Origin: Octopus bimaculoides
Taxonomy: Eukaryota
Assembly: GCF_001194135.2 (NCBI RefSeq)
Contig: NC_068984.1
Coordinates: 139,515,300 to 139,573,409 of the forward strand
Length of the DNA stretch: 58,110 bases
Reading direction: 5' to 3'
Position numbers and translations under genes: made by a program. Below are positions 51,000 to 58,110 of this stretch, piece by piece (the stretch's first letter is position 1; every line of letters starts with the position of its first letter). The notes beneath the pieces were generated by a model. That model was not told where the DNA came from. It saw nothing but the letters and a program-made list of their open reading frames with translations, and did no database searches.

Positions 51000-51395
51000 C
51001 AGGGTGTGGTAGCTAAAGACGCCTTTTCATGAGATTCGCCCGAAGGATAATCCCGAGGCCATAGAAATAAGAATCAACAGTATGGAAGAGTCCATAGCCA
51101 CTCATAATAAGGAGTAATGGCCCAGTGACAACTTTAATAAACATAATAAACCTGACATTGTGATTTGGGATTGAGAAGAGAAGCTGTGTACAGTTGTGAA
51201 AATCAGCTGCCCGACGGATGTTACCATAGAGTTAAAAATCAGCGAAAAAGAAAATACCTACGCTGAACTATTGAGGAATCTATAGTTACTCTACTCAGTT
51301 TACAAGTTCCGGTTTATAACAGTAATAATTGGGGCACTGGGATATGTAACACACTATATAAATACCAATCTTGAGAAATCAAGCTTCTCAAAACC
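51000..51395 (+). mobile_element. Decayed RLE non-LTR retrotransposon, endonuclease fragment (third family)
   Basis: KHNKPDIVIWD*EEKLCTVVKISCPTDVTIELKISEKENTYAELLRNL*LLYSVYKFRFITVIIGALGYV; PD-(D/E)xK and VIIGALG motifs. Confidence 0.8.
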
Positions 51396-51399
51396 TTCC

Positions 51400-51510
51400 T
51401 TCTGTTTCTGTCTACCAGATCCATGCACAAAACTTGCCCAAGGTGTCACTTCTGAGCCCAGAAACATGTGGTTGGGATGCAAGCTCCTCACCACACAGCC
51501 ACGCCTGTGT
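51400..51510 (-). mobile_element. Degenerate SINE family B head
   Basis: acttgcccaaggtgtcac..catgtggttgggatgcaagctcctcaccacacagccacgcct. Confidence 0.75.
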
Positions 51511-51591
51511 CTGGATCATGATCATATCTCATACCTTGAAAGAGCATTGAGAATGAGTTATTATTGCAATTTATCGGCGTCGAATTCAAAC

Positions 51592-51723
51592 TTTCTGCAT
51601 CTCTTTTTCTGCAGCTAATAGGCTCTCTGTGGTTGTCAGTCCTTCTATGTCTACCTCCCGAGAGGATACATTTTCCCGTTTCTCTTCTTTGAAGTAAAAG
51701 TGCTTTTCCGTGTGATATCTGTC
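51592..51723 (-). CDS. Candidate exon
   Basis: Purine-rich open frame DRYHTEKHFYFKEEKRENVSSREVDIEGLTTTESLLAAEKEMQK between tgtaaag| and |gtttga. An alternative frame ending at |gtatga (about 51534) is also open. Confidence 0.25.
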
Positions 51724-52340
51724 CTTTACATGAGTATAAAATAGTCCTCTTTAAATAACGTTCTCCAGATATGATTTACAACCAGTATTTTCCACGGAGA
51801 AAGTTTAAGAACACCTCATTACATAAGGAACAATGGCGATCTGCTTCTATGTCAGCATTTTCAGTGTTCAGATCCATTTTATTTACATTATGTCTATATA
51901 TGTTTATCTTTATGTATGTTAAGTATACGGTCGTAAAATAATAGATGGGATATTGTGCATTATTGCTAATAACTTTATTCCAACAACATGACGTCTTTTC
52001 TTCATGTTTATCTGGTTGAGTGATACTTCAGTTCCTTTTCAGTATAGCGATATGTGTCGGTGAACGTTTTCGTGGGCGGATATGAAATATCAATATATAT
52101 ATATATATATATANNNNNNNNNNNNNNNNNNNNNNNNNNNNNNNNNNNNNNNNNNNNNNNNNNNNNNNNNNNNNNNNNNNNNNNNNNNNNNNNNNNNNNN
52201 NNNNNNNNNNNNNNNNNNNNNNNNNNNNNNNNNNNNNNNNNNNNNNNNNNNNNNNNNNNNNNNNNNNNNNNNNNNNNNNNNNNNNNNNNNNNNNNNNNNN
52301 NNNNNNNNNNNNNNNNNNNNNNNNNNNNNNNNNNNNNNNN

Positions 52341-52385
<45 letters not shown>

Positions 52386-52906
52386 TCATACGGATGTATG
52401 TATATATAAATATGTACACGAGAGAGACAGACAGAGAGAGATAGGGGGAGACAAAGTCAGATAGCCGGAAAGATAGACAGACTCATTTGCTTGTATGTAT
52501 ATACAATATGAATGTATATAGTATATGTGTGTATACTTTCTCAACACACATCTACGCACACGCTGGAAAATACCAAGCGCATGAATAGGCACACATTCCG
52601 CGCCAGAGATGGAACGGGATGCGTTTGGATAGTTGGATCGTTTCGACGAAAGTAATTTATAGCTGTAAGTAACGTTGCCAATTTTACTCGCAGAATATGA
52701 TTCTTACAATCTTGATATGTGTTATGTTCCCATTCTTCAGAAATGCTTCCATTAGTTCTATGTCAGAACGACTTCGGCTATCAACATCTCTATCATCACT
52801 CAAATTTCCACCATTACAAATATCAATAATGCTACAGATTCAGCATCACCACCACCGCAGCGATCTCCACGACTAACAACAATGCACACGTGTCTACCAC
52901 ATTTCT

Positions 52907-52945
<39 letters not shown>

Positions 52946-53393
52946 CGCGATGATTACGATGATTTATATTAGATCTTATGCTGTTCTTCCTATTTAAGGA
53001 TTCAACACTTCTTCAAAATGCATAGCGTTCATATAATTGAAAGCCGATATGTTTTGCTAGCGCTTCTGTCATGTTCCAGGCCTGCAGAAAGATTCGAACA
53101 AAAATAACTGTGAGATAGCGAACCATTCATTAATTTACAATGCTGTTACTGCTACGTAAAGCAATGTGCCATACCATTTACAACCATTTAGAACACTGCT
53201 GCTTTATCTCAAATGTATTTTTGCTATTCGTGTCATGCAACACCGCCATGATATCCACTTACTGGACTCGAGAGTTGAAAGCAAGTTGGGTTATTTTCTC
53301 TATTTAGACAATGTGCTAAATATCTTCGCTACTCATATTTTATTCCATTAATCCCACCATTTGTGGTACATAGTTATATTCATTGATAAATAT

Positions 53394-53813
53394 CGATTTC
53401 AAATTTTGGCACAAGATCAGCGACTTATGAGAACGAGATAAGTCGATTACATCGGCCCCGGGGCTCAACTGTTATTATTTTATTGACCTAGAAAAGACGA
53501 AAGGCAAAGTCGATCACGGCAGTATTTGAACTCAAGGTAAAATCACACGAAATGCCGATAAACATTTTGCCCGGTTCGCCACCTTATTCATCGATAAATA
53601 TTAGTTTCAAATTTTGGCACAAGGGTCAGTAAATTTGGAGGAGAGGATAAGTCGATTACATCGACCCCAATACTCAAATGGCACATATTTTATCTACCCC
53701 CGAAATAATGAAAGGCAAAGTCGACGGAATTTGAAACCAGAACCCAAAGTCGGATGAAATGCTGCAAAGCATTTTGCCCGGTGTGCTAACGATTCTGCCA
53801 GTCCACCGTCTTA
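53394..53813 (-). mobile_element. Two head-to-tail SINE family A copies
   Basis: 53394-53586 and 53602-53813 each read tttcaaattttggcacaag..aagtcgattacatc..aaaggcaaagtcga..attttgcccgg; bounded by a thrice-repeated tt(c/t)at(t/c)gataaatat. Confidence 0.85.
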
Positions 53814-54627
53814 TTTATCGATAAATATTTACAGGCAAAATGCTTGTGTTGCTTATTCATAGAAGGAAAACTGGAACACATAAGTATATTCATGGTTCTC
53901 CGACATTAATGGCGACTAAGAGTCATGATGTAATCCTATCTCATGGCATATTTATCGAGATGTATTCAGAGCAGAATATAACGGGATGGCCTCCGCTAAA
54001 ATTCTTTAAATTAAGTGATTCTGTTAAATCTGGCAACTGATTAAGGTCTATCTCTTAACAAGAATTATAATGTCTGGCTATCCAATTTGCCACTCGCTCT
54101 ATGGACAAACGAGTTAGTAATAGAATTGTAGAAAAAAAATTAGTTCCTTCAGATCATCTGCTGTAAGCCCTGCCAATTTGTTAAAAACACGTGCAAAACC
54201 AGCTGGGAAATGTGCCAAAAAGCCCCATACCAAATTTAACATGGAATATATAAAGTACTGTGTAATGTGTGAAGAGGGATGCTAATCAAACATTCGTAAA
54301 ATATACATTAAAAAAATAGCGCAAGAGCATTAGGGAACCAATCGATAAGTGTTAGAACAACGATTTAGAAAACTGTTTTAGTAAGTTACGCAGCATAAAA
54401 CCGATGGTTCGATCAATAGACTTAGTATGAATATCAATGGTACACATCCACGTAATGCAATGCTAAGAGAGGTAACTGAATTTCCACATGAATAGAAAGA
54501 GCAAGTATCAATTGTAAGTCCGAATGGAGTAAAACTAACACATTATATTTAGAATAAGCCATGTTTCTCCTTCATAGCTGAATTTTATACTCATAGACAA
54601 ACGGGTGTACCTTTCTACGCATAAATG

Positions 54628-54742
<115 letters not shown>

Positions 54743-54792
54743 GTGGGACGGAAGGCAGGAAAATTTCACGTTTATGTTAAGAGAATGCTCAC

Positions 54793-54845
54793 CACAAATT
54801 CTAAGTTCGGTCCAATTAAATTCCAGGAAATACGCGCCACAATAC
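54793..54845 (-). CDS. Candidate exon
   Basis: Donor GTG|gtgagc, acceptor cggttaaag|; two open frames (IVARISWNLIGPNLEFV or YCGAYFLEFNWTELRIC). Confidence 0.2.
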
Positions 54846-55743
54846 CTTTAACCGCGATAGAACAATTTTAAGCTCCATCCCGATGAGCTTTTGTCACCCA
54901 CTTCCAGTTGCCCTGCATATTCAAACAAGTGGAAACCATCTTCCTTTAGTAGATTCTGTTATCGCTGTCACATCACTGCCCTTTTAACAATACCGTTTAC
55001 TCTATTTCGATGCACATCCCTTGAAATTATAACATTTTAAATTCATATTAAATCTGTTTTGCTTATTTCGTTTCGTTGCCATTTCATATAATAACCAATT
55101 TTGATTAACTTTATCACTTTCTAAATATGTTAAAATTTCAAAATTTAGAAGTTTTATTTTTACCTTTTCTTACAAATAACGAAAAAAAAGAGAAGACATC
55201 TACGGCGTCTTTTTAACTTCACTAGTTGTCAGCAATGATACTTTAGGTGTCGCCCTTCCAATTCAGTTCATTAAACCGTCTCTTAAATCTATCTGATATA
55301 TACTTCTACATGTTTTTCGTATTATTTAGTATCATCTTTCTATGAAAATCTTACATTCGAAATAGTTTCAGGTATTCACTTCGCTAGCGTCATTGTAAAG
55401 TAATATTTTTTGTGCAGATGCATCGTGTGGTTCTGTGCAGATGCTGGCGTGTGTGTGGGCATTTATATGCAGAAAAGTGTCAAAATGTGTATATAGAGAA
55501 GATATATATTTATAGAAGTGCAGTTTATTTTCTAAAATTTTTTTGGTTTATGTGTATATATTCTTATGACTTCTAAGAGAGCAGATTGTGTTATATATAA
55601 AGGCGCTCAAAGGCTAAATATACGAATATCACAGTTGCCACCATCATAACATCCAATCAGGAGCCAGCAATTCCTTTCAGTATTTTTTTTGGATTACGTT
55701 TTCTTGAATATGCTCTCTCTATCTCTCTCTGTCTCTTAGTCTC

Positions 55744-55813
<70 letters not shown>

Positions 55814-56664
55814 GCTATCACCCTCTCCTTCATTCTTTGTATATATATATATATATATATACATATGCGTGCGTAAATATATATGTATGCTTGTCAAGAA
55901 CAGGGTTCATTAGCCACCAACGGAGCCGCAAATGCAAAATATAAGTTAGTCCTACAGCGCACAATGTTCCTGAAGGTCAGCAATGGTCTTCCTCGGTCAC
56001 GAGTGGATGGCCATGTATGTATGCATGTACCTTTTGTATTTATATCTGAAGCCCGAAACTCGGAGTAAGTGTGAGTGAATTATTAAGAATTAAGTCTATC
56101 TGGACAAAACACTGGAATACATCTTGATTTCAATATATGTGTGTGTATGCGTGTGAGTGTGTATGTGTGTGCGTGTGTGTGTACGTGTACGTGTGCAGGC
56201 GTGTGTGTGTGTACAGAAAATTATAAATAACGAGAGTAATATATAATGATAAAAATTATTTTAGCATTGGAAATTCTTATTTAACAACACTTCTTTCGGA
56301 GTTTAATAAATATGAATAGATAACTTATTATAGTTTGCAATAAGTAATAAATCACATTTCTGCATTAGTATATACACAAACTTTAAACTATATCCGTTAA
56401 GGCAGACATATAAGTAATTTATCAGTTATTGTAAAATGCAATATTATTATTTATTCATCTTTATTAACCTGCGAAATAAGAGTTTCCAACGGTAAAATAA
56501 ATTTTATTATAGCATATTTCTCCCGTTATTTATACTTTTACACACTCCTTATGTATTGCGTTATATATTCTATGTGTTTTGTAGAATGATACGTTAAGGA
56601 GCTTTATCTATGAGTACCATGTGATTAAATGAACCTATATATTGTAAATAAAATAAATATAAAA

Positions 56665-56921
56665 ATAAATAAATGCGCCCCTTTAAAGCCTAGCCAGGCT
56701 CATGGGCCCGGTTTCCCGGTTTCAAAGGCGTATGTGTTCCCCAGCTGGACGGGACGCCAGTCCATCGAAGCGTTACTCATTTTTGCCAGCTGAGTGGACT
56801 GGAGCAACGTGAAATTGAGTGTTTTGCTCTAGAAGACAACGTGTCGTCCGGTCCAGGAATCGAAACCACAATCTTACGATCATGATGTTGACAGCCTAAC
56901 CACTAAGCCACGCGCCTCCAC
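56665..56921 (-). mobile_element. tRNA/CORE-like SINE: head H2 plus V-like 3' module (full length)
   Basis: rc reads gtggaggcgcgtggcttagtggttagg..ggtttcgattcctgg..ccactcagctggcaaaaatgagtaacgcttcgatggactggcgtcccgtccagc..gggcgcatttattta. Confidence 0.85.
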
Positions 56922-57811
56922 AATTAAATAGATATATGTATATATATTATTTGAAAAAGATTGATACGGTTCCATGTGACTAAAAGATTGTCAGGCTTCC
57001 GAGGTAGGGAAAAGATAAAGGTAAGCTGAAAAGAGGGGGCAATAGGCAGGAAAGTAGTGAGGGCAGTTACAGGTATTCAAACCGAAAGGGTTTTATAAGT
57101 TCTAATATTACAGGTGTTATTGTATGTATGATTTTATAGTTTCTAGGAGGTATATGAGTTAATCAGAGGGAGACATACTTTCATAAAATCACTACAAATA
57201 TCATAGAAAGGAAAAATAGTGTAATCACCAAAATTGGAAGTTAGACTAACTAGGCAGGGGTTATAATGCCATGAGCTGTCAACTCCAAGCCATGAGCTAT
57301 CAACTCACTCTTGTTCTTTATTCAAAATAGAGAGACATTTAGTCTCAGAATTAATAGATAATAAAGAGATGAAATTGAATTGAATTACACCCTTTACAAC
57401 CCTATGACCCCACTAAGATCCATGCGATTCTAAAAAAGTGTAGTCGACTCGTAGTCGACTCATAGCCACTCTACTATAATAGCGACAGCATGAATTTTTT
57501 TCCATATTCTTACCTTGAAATATTTAAGAAAAATTACATTAATATGTCCTACTTGTTAAAAATTCTATATTTTGTGCAGCTGAAAATAGTACCGCATTAA
57601 AATCGATGTAATGATTACATTGTTCAATCAACTGGATTCTCTTGAAACTGTCGTACTGCATTACTACTTAATATCCTGTTGCTTGTTTTGATTCTATTCA
57701 CCTTACTTCGAGTTGTGCAGATAATACCGGACTGATTTGGTGCATCAACTTAAGTACCTAATTCAACTGAATCTTAATTATTTCTTTGATATANNNNNNN
57801 NNNNNNNNNNN

Positions 57812-57846
57812 TATATATATAGACAGATAGATAGATAGATAGATAT

Positions 57847-57892
<46 letters not shown>

Positions 57893-57903
57893 TGATTGAT
57901 TGA

Positions 57904-57934
<31 letters not shown>

Positions 57935-57935
57935 G
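57812..57935. repeat. (TA)n-(GATA)n-(TACA)n microsatellite
   Basis: Visible directly. Confidence 0.95.
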
Positions 57936-58110
57936 CAACACATCCTTTCTTCGTTACAAAGTGTGGGGTAAATAGGATAACCAGGCGTGTTTTAAATGAC
58001 ATGGGTGAGAGCTACTACACTAACGAATTATGGTGTGTGTGTGTGTGTACATTTATATACATATATATTTGTATATATACATATGCATATATATGTATAT
58101 ATATATATAT

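Overview
Animal genomic DNA from a gapped short-read draft: very AT-rich, with about 20 N-gaps nearly all flanked by (TA)n/(CA)n/(CT)n arrays. The SINE repertoire and repeat landscape point to an octopus (coleoid cephalopod); this is an inference. No protein-coding gene can be named, and most listed ORFs are artefacts of microsatellites and N-runs. Well supported: (i) more than 30 tRNA-derived SINE copies from at least two superfamilies, including TSD-flanked dimers and apparently module-swapped forms; (ii) decayed non-LTR retrotransposons, namely two CR1/L2-type ORF2 3' ends and four restriction-like-endonuclease (R4/Dong-type) fragments, three of them fused to (AAT)n; (iii) decayed DNA transposons, namely a DD37D maT-type and a DD34E Tc1-type transposase plus a pogo-like MITE; (iv) many micro- and minisatellites. 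The most unexpected signal is a Penelope-type minimal hammerhead ribozyme fold at 13056-13097 with a U3-A8 core variant and a palindromic stem III. Manual splice-site scanning also gives a set of phase-compatible candidate exons on the minus strand, densest at 34168-39306, so the window may lie inside a long minus-strand gene. These exons are unverified and the peptide is not recognised.
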